The notes under the pieces: model-generated
What the model was told of the DNA's origin: nothing
Seen by the model: only the letters and a program-made list of their open reading frames with translations
Databases searched by the model: none
Origin: Hydrolagus affinis
Lineage: Eukaryota
Assembly: GCA_012026655.1 (NCBI GenBank)
Contig: JAAILG010001183.1
Coordinates: forward strand, 1-64,000
Length of the DNA: 64,000 bases
Direction: 5' to 3'
In this document: positions 40,701 to 54,230 of the stretch, piece after piece
Position numbering within the stretch: position 1 is the stretch's first letter
Layout of the letters: each line of letters begins with the position of its first letter
Position numbers and translations under genes: made by a program

Positions 40701-43700
40701 GGAGTGAGATGGAAATGATTACTAGCAGGTTAATGTTTTGCATATTCGTGTACGCCGTCTTATAATTAACACCAATATCTGTTGAAAAAATTATGTGATA
40801 GAAAACGAAAGAGGATTTTGGATTCTGCAAAGGAAATTCAGATATTGATGACTTGACTGTCTTTGGGGTATGAGCCTGCAAGCAGTTTGTGTTCATGTCA
40901 GTGCTTATATTTTTAATAAGATGATCAGAGTTGTCTTTTCTATCCGATTTTCTATTTCTCGGTGCTTACTGCTAAGAGCATCTGCATGTAACACACAGCC
41001 TTGTGATAAAAAATAAGCCATTCTTTTATTTTTTTCCAAAATAACCTGAAGGATATATCTGCAGAAAACATTCCCTAGATATACCAAGGGATTTACTTCT
41101 AGCAATTTGTATGATGCTTTTTTTTTCCATTTTCCTCCAAATAACTAGCCAATTCCAATTTCCCTTTAGTTAAGAGACAGTGCCTCTTTAACTGGAGAAG
41201 GCATAGTTTTCATGTTTGTGCAAAGTGGTGGTAGAAAATTCATTTTTATGTGTGAATGGCATTTGTATAAATGTAAAGCGATTGCTAAGCAGCACACTTG
41301 TGCAGTATAACTGGGATGAGCAACATCAAGGCAATGGAAATAGTGTACTGGAGGATAAGAAAAATAAAGAAATGTAATTTTTTATATGTGTTCAATATAT
41401 TGACCAATGAAGCACAGTGGCCATCAGATGGTATGATGTGTGCTTTCTCCAAAGGGTGACCCGTTTCGTGTACTCTTAATGTCAGCTAGGCTGTCAAGAG
41501 AGGTGCTGAACACAAGACTCTAAATTTCTTTGTAGACAGAGAGATTACTGCTGATAATTTATATAACAATAATAATAAAGACAGAAGATGAGCCCTCCCA
41601 CTTATTGCCTATAGGGCTGACTTTCTTAGTTTTAATTAGGCTAGAAAAACAAAGTGCAATCTTTCAAAATCTTTCAAAATGAATCAGGAAGCAATTACTG
41701 TTCATTTTTATGTGTGAATGGCATTTGTATAAATGTAAAGTGTTAACCATTGTTGATCTTCAGTGTAGGAAACATACATATGTAAAGTAGCTGAACACAA
41801 TCTTGAAATGCCAAAGTACCTGTCATGTAGCATTTTCTACCCTAAGGTCAGAGACAATAATGTTGATTTCCCTCATCTTATGTCACACAGTCTCAGTCTC
41901 ACCATTATGATAAGCATGTTTATGATTATAACAAAAAATATACTTTTCCAAAATAAGCTTTAATCTATAAGGGAATAGGTTAAAATATGTCATTTGGTGT
42001 TAGCATTGAGATGATGTTCAGAAATGACTTGTCCTTTGCTTCTGTACTTTATTATCACCTTATGTTCTTATGTTCTAGTCACCTGAACCTTTTGACTGAA
42101 TTATATATCGTCTGGCAACTTGCTCTCCAGAATATATTATTCCGTATTTTAAACTATGAAAGAAACATAAAGCTCAGCACTCAGAGTCATGGATAAACTG
42201 GATGCCTTTCTGACTGTGAAATGTCATTCTAATCCCTGGGGTTTAACCTTACCTGACTTGCATTATACCACAAGGCCTTGCAACACATTCTTGAAAGTGC
42301 AACATGCCCTAACCCAAAATCCTTCCTAATACTTTCCCAACTACTGTAAAATGATAAAACAAATATTTGCATTTCTTTGCTCCTGAAAGTCATGGGAAAA
42401 AGATTTTAGCATTGACCTTAACTTGTTCTTCAGCAATTTCACAGAATGTTGTAGATTTTTTTTTAAAACAAAAATATATTCGTTGTCAATGTATATATCT
42501 TAGAGTACTTTCCATAGTGTAGCTGATGTGAACTAGATGCTAACACAACTGAAAAATATAACTTTTAAAAAGTTATATTTTATTGTTTTATTTCATGTTT
42601 CATCCAGTATAATGTAGGAACTGGATAAGAAAATAAACTTGTGTCAAAAAATTAGTTCAAAAATAAATTTAGTAATTGAACAATGCACCTATTTTAGATA
42701 AAATGTTACCTGGAGAGACTTGGTAAGTTGAAAAGTTGCACTTTGTGGTTCATGATTCCACTAACTTATGGCCTTTTGCCTAGTGATTATAATTTTTTTA
42801 TAACTCATCTTATTTACAACTCACTTGCCTTTACATCAGGGGGATTCTCAAAGTGCTTCACATGGTATACTGCAAAGTTTAATGACTGTGTATTATTTGT
42901 AGGCATAGTCTGGCGAGAGCCAAGGCTTGAGGACTCTAGTCTGCATCTGAGGATAATGCTGCACCTTAGGATAACCAAGGTTAAACGTACTATCAAAATG
43001 ACAGTCAACAACTATGAATCAATTTTGGCTCCATTACCCATTTGCATGGTGGTTGGCCCGTTGAACAATGCTGTGTAAGATCTAGTCTAACCTCTACAGG
43101 TGACACAACACTTTTTAATGCAAATGACAGATCTTCTCATGATTACCTATTGGTATGAGTAACACCTTGGGTTAGTAGGAGGTATAAGGTGGTGCAGCCA
43201 TATAAGCTTTCTACATTAACCGTGGGAATGAAAAATCACTTACATTCACAATAAATTAAGAAAGCAGATTACCTTATAAAAAAAAGATTTTGTCACAATT
43301 AAAACAAGGAAATCAATCTGTATCTGCAGACCAAAAGCAAAGTTTGAAATGAGTATTCATTGATTTAGTATTCTTGATTATTTGCTAAATGCAAATAGCA
43401 ATGGCATAGTTTCTCTATATGGAAGTTAATCAAGGTTCACTGTTTCAACATAAAAACTACTACTCTTATGCAGTGAACCATATTTACTTTAAAATGCTAC
43501 CCTCATGAAAGGCCCTACATAATTGTAAGTTGTTGCTGCAAGTTGCTGTTATTCTTAACTTTCATTAAAACATTTATATTTGCATTGGTTGGCCACATTA
43601 GAAATACATGCAATGCTCACATGGAAACAATCATTAAGTTGTAAGTGAACTTGGATTATGAGCACAGATGATTGATTGTTAATCTTTGATACTTAGAACT

Positions 43701-44621
43701 GTCATTGATTTTCAGCTACCTGATATGCTCCTGACGGAATTTCACAGGTAATGAAACCTACAATGGTATTAGTGCCTATTTAGTACTTCAGTATTTAAGT
43801 TGATTTTGAATTCTTTCATCACTTTAAAGTTGTCTTACTATAACAGTGAAACTGAAAATGTGATTGCCTCTTTTCTCGACATTATACTGTAGATTTTTTA
43901 ATGATATAAGCAACAAAGGATTTATTTTTTAATGACCAGTATATAGTTTGAATTGTGCAGTCATGCTTAACTGCATTCATTATTCCAATTAGGGGCCTGA
44001 GGCATTGTCACTTCCTCTCTAAACCAGCATACCAACATAGAGAAGTGGTGCAGCTTGTTCATTAGCTGTCATTTAAAAATACCTTTAGCATCACTGAATA
44101 CAAGCCCTGCCCTTTAGCAACCAGGTGTGTACCATGTTTTATACAAACGTCAACAATGGTTGCACTCAGTCAGTGAAGAAATCATTCAAAACAATGGGCA
44201 TGGTTAAAAGTAAATTAATTTCAAAATGCAGTTTACACCTCAATGTGCCAGAACAATGTAGCATGCAAAGTCTAATTTTGCATTTAAATGTTCTAAATTG
44301 CTAAAAAAAAAGCGCCAAGCCATTTTTCCAGTAATTAGTATAGAATTGCAGCTGTCAAGAACCAAGTCCTTCAAGAGGTCGCTGGATTTATTTGGCCCTC
44401 ATTATCATCCCTACCTACTTATCACTGCAGTTTAGGAGGAAACAATGAAAGAATACCATCCAAGTAGAAATGACCAGAATTGTGTGAAAACATCAAAACA
44501 CAATACAGTACAGTACTACACTTGTACTGAATATAATATGCAATTGTTATTCTCTTACTTGGGAAGTCCTCCCAACTTGAAAGGCGCTCTATAAATGTAA
44601 TTTTGTTGTTGTTGTTCGATG

Positions 44622-44950
44622 TAATAATAATAATAATCCTTGCATTTGATATAGCGCTTTTCACATTTTATCAACGTCCCAAAGCGCTTCACAGAATATA
44701 CTGCAAAGTGAATTTACTGTATATATTTGTGGACGAATTGCGGCCCACAATTGTGCACAGCAGTGTCCCACACACAGTCGTGGATTTAAGTGACCAATTT
44801 TATTATTGTGGTTTTTTTTGAGGGATTATTATTAGGCGTGTGGAATAAGAAAACTTGCCCAAGGTTTCGCCCTGACCTGCCTGGATTCAAACACAGGTCT
44901 TCCCAGCTTGCAAGACAAGTGCTCTAACCATTGAGCCACAGGAGCTCCAG
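44622..44950 (-). mobile_element. Full-length tRNA-derived SINE
   Basis: Same family; intact head and tail. Confidence 0.88.
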
Positions 44951-45103
44951 GCACAGGAGCTCCAGGTTCAGGTACACAATGTACCTGAATTTCATCCTGT
45001 AACAGGTAACTGGTAAAGTCATGTGAAAATTTAACGAAGTGATATTTAGCACTATTAATTTACTAATGATTAGTCAAAATATATCATTTTGCCTGTTTTA
45101 CCA

Positions 45104-45372
45104 GTTAGAGCACTTGTCTCACAAATGAGAGGACCGGGGTTTGATTTCCGGGCAGGACGAAACAGTGAACAACTTTCCTTACTTCACATGCCTCTGTTAC
45201 CTAGCAAGAAATAGGAACTAGCCAATTGGCAGATTGCTTTTCTGGGGGTAATAATCTGGTCAAAAAATAATAATTTGGTCACTCAAACCATGACTATTTG
45301 TGGGACACTATTGTTTGAGATATCTCGAAGACATGATAAGGCGCTATCAAATGCAAGGATTATTATTATTAT
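45104..45372 (+). mobile_element. tRNA-derived SINE variant inserted into an older palindromic element
   Basis: gttagagcacttgtctcacaaatgagaggaccggggtttgatt head remnant; tcaaatgcaagg(ATT)n tail. Confidence 0.8.
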
Positions 45373-46376
45373 TTTCCTCACTACATTTTCTCCAGTAAAA
45401 CAGGCAAAATTGTACATTCTGACCAAGTATTAGTGAATTACTAATGACAAATATCAATTTACAAAATTTTTCCATTTCATGTGATTTTTCCAGTTACATG
45501 AAGATACATGATATTATTGCACAATGTCAAAACTCATTGTGGATAATTTAATACAAGTAGGACTACTTAAAAATAGCAAGCCAGCTGTTGGAGCATGGAA
45601 CTGTACAAACTACTTGAATTCTATTCTGCAGACTACTGCTTATATTACCTAAGCAGAATTTTAGTTTTTTCCTGGTTCTCTAAAACCTAAATCTTAGTGA
45701 GATCTATTTGTCAAGGTAGCTAACACACACTCAATTGGAGTTGTCTGTATACCACGATCAAAAGTCAATGCAACTCATGAAGAAATATGTGTAACTTCAT
45801 TTCATCGCATCATCGTCCCACATTTGGGTCCATTGCTATCACTATATAGTTATTTTTGACCACAGAATGCCAAAGTGTTTAAGTTTTTTAAAACTTGATT
45901 ATTTTAAAAATTGCCTTCCTTCTATGGTAGATTACCATTCTGAACACTAAAAGCGACCCCTCTTTTTGTATTCCATGATGCTGTATTTGAAAACCTGAGA
46001 AGGTGTTTGGGATTGCCATAAAATAAATTACACAGTACAGTATCTATGTTTCTCTCCAGGCTACCCCAATGCCTTAAGGTTATGTTTTGCTGTAGTCAGA
46101 GTATTAGGCTCAGAACTGCTTTCGGTCTGTTAATTGTTTGTACTGTATCTTGTGTTAATTTTAAGATCATGCCCTCTTGTTTTGGATCGCACATCAAAGA
46201 GAAGAGTCATTGTTTAAATACCATGTGAATTCCCCTCATTATTTTTCCACATCAACCAGATTTAAATACCTCAGTGAAAATTCACAAAGCACGTATCCTT
46301 TCTACCTTTTAAAAAAAAATTTATTGGTGAATTTGTTAAGAGGAAATACATGTATCAACCCAAAGCATATTTATCT

Positions 46377-46618
46377 TGCAGCTCAGTGGTTAAAGCACTC
46401 GCCTCGCAAGCGAAAGAGACCTGGGTTCGATTCCAGGCAGGTCAGGGCTAAACCTTGGGCAAGTTTCCTCACTCCACATGCCTGATAATAATCCCTCCAA
46501 ATTTTTTTTTAATCCGCGACTGTTTGTGGGACACTGCTGTGCGTAATTGGCTGTCACATTTCGCCCACAAATACACAGTCAATTCACTTCGCAGTATATT
46601 CTGTGAAGCACTTTGAGA
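46377..46618 (+). mobile_element. tRNA-derived SINE, 3'-truncated
   Basis: gcagctcagtggttaaagcactcgcc...gggttcgattcc A/B boxes plus core. Confidence 0.85.
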
Positions 46619-47707
46619 AGTTGCAATTTTGTTATATTTCTGGATGCAGAAAGACCACTGGCGTCTAACAAGGGATTAAGTGATATAGCCATTTCAGACT
46701 TCTGATGACCCATGCCTCCACTTTAGCGGGTGAGGCTCAAGGGGCCGAATGGCCTACCCCTGCTCCTAATTCCTAGGTAGAATGAGAGCTCTGGCTGGTG
46801 TTGCTGTAAACATTCACAATACATGAAAGGATCCACCAAAAAAAGTTTGCTAAATAAATAAATGTTAGCTAATAAGCACAGGCCATAACAAATGGCATTG
46901 TGCTGACAATTATGCAAAGCTCAACAGATTTTCAGAAAACCAGAAAATTGCCCTGAACACCAATTTCTATCTGTCAGCCAAACAGTTGACAAAAGATAAA
47001 AATTGACACCAACAAGAAATTCATTTTTCTAATGATTACTAACACTGCCACAGTATATATAATAATAATCTTTGCATTTGATATAGTGCTTTCCACATCT
47101 TCTAGATGTTTCAAAGTGCTTCATACAATATACTGTAAAGTGAATTGACTATATATTTTGTGGGCGACACATAAATTCTAAATTCTAAATTCTACATCCT
47201 AAATTCCATTCAGTATCATTAAATTCATTTATCACTTTTATTACATCCTATCAATACTGTGAAAGTAAATAGGAGCTTTTTTATAGTAAATATTGTTACA
47301 CCTTCAGTTTATGACCTTTTTGCTATTTTGCATCAAAGTGCCTGCTGTCATACAAAATGCTATGAAGTCAGGAAAAACTGGGATGGAACTGTAAATAGAG
47401 GTAACATTTATATTTTAAATCATACCAATAATAAATTCACTGGTGTGCATTTATCTTAATTTCAGAGCTTCAGGGACTATTTTCACCTATCGAGTCAGAG
47501 GATCCCTTAGTGTCTTAACCACAGATAGCATGTTGCACCTCATTCATTATAGTCAATCAATATATGTTTGGTTTCATACTGATCTCTCTATTTTTATTGT
47601 GTACCTTAAGCAACTTAAAATAAAATGCTTTTAACTGAAAGTTACAACACTATCGGGCCAAGGATGGCAGTGAGAATTCAGATCAGCTTGGTTACAATGG
47701 AATGGTA

Positions 47708-48262
47708 ACAACAACAACAATAATATTACATTTGTATAGTACCTTTCATGATGAGAGGATGTGCCAAGGTGCTGGACAGATAGTATTGCGGACCCGAACT
47801 GGGGGTTGGGATTGGGGAGGGTGAAGAGCAGAGGGGAGGGAGGTTGATCGAAAGCATAGTTGAAGACGAGTTCCTTGATGTGGGTCTTGAAGGAGGTGAG
47901 GCGGCGGGATGGCAGGATGGAATTCCAGAGAGTGGGGGCAGAGCGGCTGAAGGCTTGCCCACCAATGATGGGGCGGGTGAGGCGGGGACATGAAGCAGGC
48001 TGGAACCCACTGAGTGGAAGGAACAGATAGGTTGGAAGGGATGTTAGGAAGTCACAGAGGTAGGGTCGAGCTAGACCATAGAAGGCTTTGTAGGTGAGGA
48101 CTGGAATCTTGAACTGTGTTCTCTGTGTAATGGGAAGCCAGTGGGATCGGCGAGGATGGGGATGATATGCTCATGGAGCCGATCGTGGGAGAGGACACGG
48201 TCTGCAGAGTACTGGATGATCTGTAGCCGTGGGGGGAGGAGTTGGGGAAGAGTCTCACCGTG
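47708..48262 (-). mobile_element. L2 LINE 3' fragment
   Basis: RLQIIQYSADRVL...HIIPILA in ORF 48071..48313; (CAA)n tail at 47708. Confidence 0.85.
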
Positions 48263-49236
48263 ACACAACATATATTCTGAGAATGAGAACCCTCTGAACG
48301 CACCTGCTCCCACTGCTTGGTAGGCACTGGCCTACTTCATGCCCACCTCACCGCCAGGGTTCGGGTTTTACATGTATCTCCTACCACCTTCTAGAACTCC
48401 ATCCAGGATTGCCTTTTGCTCATGCCTTCCCTCATGTTTTTCAAGGTTGGTCTCTTTGCTCATGCCTCATCTTGAGGTTTATATAAATAATTTGTTGTTG
48501 TTGTACGTACCAAGATAGTGACTTGTACAAGATACTTAAGAATTCTACTTGCTTAAATAGTTCTACTAGTTTCACCAAAGCACAAGTAGAAATTCGCTGG
48601 TAGTATAGTTTAATAAGCAACGTGGTGAACAATGCCAGATAGATTTAGTCTGAAACTATACAGATATCTACTTATTAACCATTTATCATGATTGCAGTGT
48701 AAAAGGTTTGCATGCAAAATCATTCAGGAGTGGCTCTACATGGTATCTTGTGTCCAAATAAAGTTCTCAAATTCTGTATACTTACATAATCTTAATGTGA
48801 GAAACTTTCTTAAGGAAAGGGAGTTTACTGGCTACCGCCCACCAGGCCTGCACATCTGAACTGTTTAAAAGGATTACAGCAAACGTTGAAAATAAAAAGG
48901 TGCCTGATCTGGTTAACATTTCCAAAGCTCAACCATAACGTACGCACATTTAAGCCTGCGATTTGTGTACCTTAAATGACTTTAGTTAAATCTATGAGGA
49001 TTAAGCATTTCTGTTTACATAATTCTGACTTGTTATGATACAGTGATTCAATATTTGGCTGAACTTGGGGATTCCTGAAAAAAGTAAGGAGCAGAGTTCT
49101 ACTTAGAATAAAAATGCTTTTTACTACAAAACAAAAAACTCCAACACTGCCAGACTGAGCATGGCATTGAGAATTCAGATTAGCTTGTTTACAATGGAAT
49201 TGTAACAGCTTTCCTATGAATAATAGATATCAAATA

Positions 49237-49421
49237 CAATAAAAGCTCATTTATCCGTGACCCGATAAACCGTAACTTCATTATAACCGGCACCTCCAAA
49301 AAAATCCGCATTCAATTAACCGGAATTTAGCCGGCACAATGTGTTTTAGGCTGAATATCCAGCACGTGCTTTAACCGGCATTGGCCAGGTCCTTGGGTGC
49401 CGGATAAATGGGCTTTCACTG
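49237..49421. mobile_element. Tigger/pogo-like MITE, short form, inverted relative to 5979
   Basis: TA|CAATAAAAGCTCATTTATCCG...CGGATAAATGGGCTTTCACTG|TA. Confidence 0.82.
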
Positions 49422-51455
49422 TATATACAATAATATTGAACAGTGGGAAAGGCATTTGCCTTTCTTTGACAATATAACCTGATAACTATTAGTTTAATAA
49501 TTGATAGTATCTGGATTTTTAAAGAAATTGAAAAGACAAACAAAAAGTAAATAAAAGATCGATAGCTGCTCTCTATCTACTTTCACTTTTATAGTAAAAG
49601 TCTGCTGCTGGGAATTTACTATTAAATGTTCCCCTGTAATCTTGTAGAAGTTGGAGTTAAAATCTACGGTACTGCATCTGGCTTGGTCGTTTAAGGTTGT
49701 TGAATATTTATTCTCCCCAAATGCTGCTGATAGATTAAACATTGAACATTCACACTTTCTTTCTGGAAAGATTATAATCTTGTCGCTATAATGTTAACAG
49801 GCAGGTTCAGACAGAATACTCTGGAATATAACAGTGGAAATTCTTAACTGTTATGCTGCTGAATACATGGTGTCACGGAATCAAACGTAAGAGCACACAA
49901 ACAGGAAATTTAGCCTAAGTGTGTGCTGCAACAGGTTTCTTTCTCCACATGAAATTTACAAATTAATACTATATTACTACACTATATTAATACAAATTAA
50001 TACTTGTCTTTATAAGTTGTTTATAATTTGTTTAAAATTTATATAACGACTTATATTTATTAATTCATTAACTTAGCAACATGCATTTCTTGACAGCACA
50101 TATCGAAATACTCCTAATAATTTTTATTTAAGCTTCATCTGCTTTCTGCTGTAATGATGGGATTCAACACTAACACCAGTGATATCTTTATTTGTTTCTA
50201 ACAGTAAATCAGATTATCAATATGTAATGCAAAGATTGCTATACTTAGAAAATTGGAAGAGATGTATCCTTACTTAAATTGATAGTGGCTGGCTATTTTT
50301 GTTATTATTGTTGTTATTTTAAGTGCTAGGGGCATTTTCGATTCATGCTCTTGTGGTCTACAAACCACACAATCTTTAATGTATTTTGACTGTAATATGC
50401 TTCTGTTGTTTGTAACTAATTGCATTGTGTTTAATTAACATACTCATTAAAAATGTCAGTGGTGCTTTACTTGGTTACAGATACAAGACCACAAAAGTTA
50501 AAGAGTCTCAGATTGAGCAGCATTGCAAAGATCTATTAACAGGTAGAGTACATAATATGTATTTAAATAAAACACTGTTTCTTCTCTTTTATAAAAGATA
50601 TAGTAGTTGAAATTTTGATATCTGCATATGAGTGGGTAAATGGTTCTGGAAAATGGTTGTCTATAATATTTAACACGTGAAATTTACCCTTCAATATTAG
50701 TCTCTGGACGGATATATACACCGATTCAACAGGAAATGTACCTATAAAGATGGACTCCAGAAGGATATAGAGAGGCAGGAGGAGGAAGTTGAGTTCTATT
50801 GAACTACTGTCCCTAGAGGTGGTCAGGAACTTTTTTGATGGAGTGTTTTGGTGGGAATCACTGGCAACTTTGCCAGAAGCAGACAAAAGAGGATACAACA
50901 GATAGAGGTCAAGTCAGATCAATGTGGCCTGTGCAGAAATCAGGGTAACTTTCAATGGACGAATGCTAAGATAAATAAAACACAATAATATTCAGAACAC
51001 CATTTTCTTACACATTTTGCATGTGTTCTGGATAATGGTGACTGGAAAAATTAATAAATATACATGTTTTCTTCAAAGGGGAACAACAGAGTGGGGGAAT
51101 GCTCTAATTACAACACATGACAATAGTATAGCAGGTAATAGGTCTGTTGACGCCCATACTCGCGTATCTTGCCAGTTTATGAGGATGCCTTCCACGGGTG
51201 CCTGAGCAGCAGCAAATAACAGCAACAGTAATGACATTTTCAAAGTGGATGTTGGCTACCATGTTCCCCAGGAAAAGAAGGATCAACAAGATGTAAAGAA
51301 GAGGGAGAGAGGCTGACCCAGACAACAATACCTGGCTGACATCCTTTTCCTCCCCCTCCCCCCCCAAGCACCAGCCTCCACATAACATTGTAGTTCTGCA
51401 GGAAGCAATACAATTGTACATCACCATCAGGTCAAGGCACTTTTGAGGACAAGGT

Positions 51456-51765
51456 AATAATAATAATAATATTCCTTGCATTTGATATAGAGCTTTTTTA
51501 TGTCTTCCAGACATCTCAAAGCGCTTCACGGGAATATACTATAAAGTGAATTGACTGTGCAGTATATTTGTGGGTGAAACGTGACAGCCAATTGCGCACA
51601 GGAGTGTCCCACAAACAATCATGGATTGAAATGACCAATTTAGTATAGGTTAGTTTTTTGATGGATTATTATTAGGCATATGGAGTAAGGAAACTTGATC
51701 TCAAGGTTTCGCCCTGCCTGGATTCGAACACAGGTCTCACACTTGTAAGGCGAGTGCTCTAACCA
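51456..51765 (-). mobile_element. Near full-length tRNA-derived SINE
   Basis: Same family tail, core and B box. Confidence 0.85.
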
Positions 51766-52925
51766 AGATAGATGATGGGGCAGTGCTTGGTAGAGAAGTA
51801 GCCAACAGACGTTGAAAAAAATCAGCAATCATTGCTGCAACCTTCAAGGCAAGGCTGTGTCTCGAGGTACAACTGCAATGTGTTCCTGGGTGTGTGGATA
51901 TATGAGGTAAGGTTGTTGACCTTCACAACCTCATCCTCTTCCTTTACCCTGGAAACGTACACTATCAGGGTGTCTCATGCTTTTTTCTTTCACAAACTAT
52001 GGAATGTACCGAGCGAGGATAGTGAACACATTGTTAGGGATATAAATATTGTAAATTGTTTTGTTTTTGATTATTAATTAAATGAATATAATGATTTTCA
52101 AAACTATTTATTGTCCTTAAGTCTGTTGTTTATTCTCTAGCGTTCTTTTTTGTTTAACAACAACATAATTTCTAGTTGACGGGTTCTAAAGAACTGCTTA
52201 TATTCATTCCTGCCGTCTTTGGTAAAATTAGACATTTTCCAATTCATAGACAATCCAATCTAACCTCATGCAAAACTATTTCAAGTGGTTTGGACAGAAC
52301 CCCTATATCTCCCAAAGACTGGCACTAAAAACTCACCGGAATTTTTATGCTATTTTCTCCCCTCATCTCCCTAAATTGAATCAGCCATCTTAATTCACAT
52401 TAGTAATTCCGACCCCATTGAAGTGAGCTCTATAGACACATTTTTGGAAATACGTTTCTGAAAGTATTTAATGAAATAATTGTCAAAGTAAGAGCATCTG
52501 TTTAATTCATCGCAAGACCTAATTATCATATATGGGTGGATGATGGGACATTAAAAGTTCTTGATTCTCACTAATAGAGCAATAACGTGTACTGTAAATT
52601 ATTGTCAATCATGCAGACTTGTCGGGTGAAAAACAATTTTTACTCAATGTTATTGTCATAAAATGTACTTTTTCACAAAATGTTATGAAACAAGGAGAAG
52701 CCAACACATAGATTAATAATCACTATATTTGGTATACAGCCTTTCCCCTTAAGAAGATATCTCAACAACAACAACAAAATTACACTTGTGTAAGCACCTT
52801 TCACCTCAAAGTGCTTCACAGTAAAGTGGAATTGTCTATTTTGTGGGCGAAATATAGTAACAAATTTAAGCACATTTAAGTAGACAAGTCTGGAGACTTG
52901 CCTTTCTATAAGGCATATGCAAATA

Positions 52926-53419
52926 CAGTAAAAGCCCGTTTATCCAGCACCTGCGGGACATGGCCATTGCCGGTTAAAGCACGTACCGGAAATTCAGGCG
53001 GTCCGCTGCCAAAAACCCACCACAAAAAATTTAAGTTCTTTTAACACACACCATACATACCAGACTAAATAATAACAGATAATAACAGAATATTGTATTG
53101 GTATTTATTGTTAAAACTACTCTCTTGTGCTTCTCACCTTTACTGATTGAGGTTTATAGTCCAGCGATTCTTTTTAAAATGGAGGAAGCCAAGTGGGTGA
53201 AAAATACGGCAGCGTGACTTTTAAAGCCTTACTAGCTGATAACCCTAGACTCTACTAGCGGCAAACCAAAATACTGCACCTGTGCGACAATGACTCACAA
53301 ATGCTCCACCGCTATTGTTCCGGATAAGTTCCGGTTGATCGAATGGGGACTTTTTTTTGGGCGTGCCAGTTATATGGAAGTGCCGGTTCATCGAGTCATG
53401 GATAAACGGGCTTCTACTG
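52926..53419. mobile_element. Tigger/pogo-like MITE, long form (~494 bp)
   Basis: TA|CAGTAAAAGCCCGTTTATCC...GGATAAACGGGCTTCTACTG TIRs; ends shared with the short copies. Confidence 0.85.
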
Positions 53420-53916
53420 TGTATGGTTTGTGCAGAAACAGCATCCACTATGTGCAGTCATAATATATCTTCCTTAATTTAAGAGAACATTAACTATTTG
53501 TGTAAAGATATTGCTATTTGTGTAAAGTGGGCACTAGATTTTTTTTCATAACAGGAGTGTGAAATGACAGCATATTGGTTTAAGATGAAGAAGTTCCCAG
53601 ATTGTTCTTACTGATATACCATACGAAAATAGAATGCTATTGGACTTCACATTCACACTTTCTAAGTTCCAGTTCAAAGTCTGGATCCAACATGATATAA
53701 AAGAATTCTAGTGCATGTCTTTTCCAAATTCTTTTTCAGCCGGGTGTCTGACATCTGGAGAAACTCATCACAATGCTTAAGAGTATCAATTCCATAAATA
53801 GGTTGAAAATATATGTAGGGAGGGGAATGAGGCTATGTTTCTATGTTTATGTTGACTTATATGTAACTGGTATATACATTAGATTTGGTAACTGGTATGT
53901 GCAGTGGTATGTGCGT

Positions 53917-54230
53917 GTGGAGTCCTATATCTCAGTGATTAGAGCACTTGCCTCGCAAACAAGAGACCTGGGTTCATTTCCCGGCAGGGCAAAACTTTGG
54001 GCAAGTTTCCCTATTCCACCTCCCTGATAATAATCCCTCAAGAAAAAAAACAATAAAAATGTGGTAATTCAATCCACAACTGTTTGTGGGACACTGCTGT
54101 GCGCAATTGAGTGCTGTGTTTCTCCCAGAAATATACAGTCAATTCCCTTTACAGTATATTCTGTGAAGCGTTTTGAGGTGTCTAGAAGTCTTGAAAAGCA
54201 CGAGATCAAATGCAAGGATTACTATTATAA
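53917..54230 (+). mobile_element. Full-length tRNA-derived SINE
   Basis: gtggagtcctatatctcagtgattagagcacttgcc head; tcaaatgcaaggattactatt tail. Confidence 0.87.

Noticed and set aside
44937-44966. Short tandem duplications (cacaggagctccagg x2; also near 41657, 47173 and 53494)
   Set aside because: Ordinary slippage-type micro-duplications.
50791-50825. LF-SINE-like words (gaactac...ctagaggtggtc; also ccatcagatggta near 41421)
   Set aside because: The matches are too short to support a call without an HMM search.
26157-54230. tRNA genes at gtagctcagtggttagagcac...ggttcga motifs
   Set aside because: These are SINE heads. They continue into the SINE core, and I could not see a complete acceptor stem or terminator.
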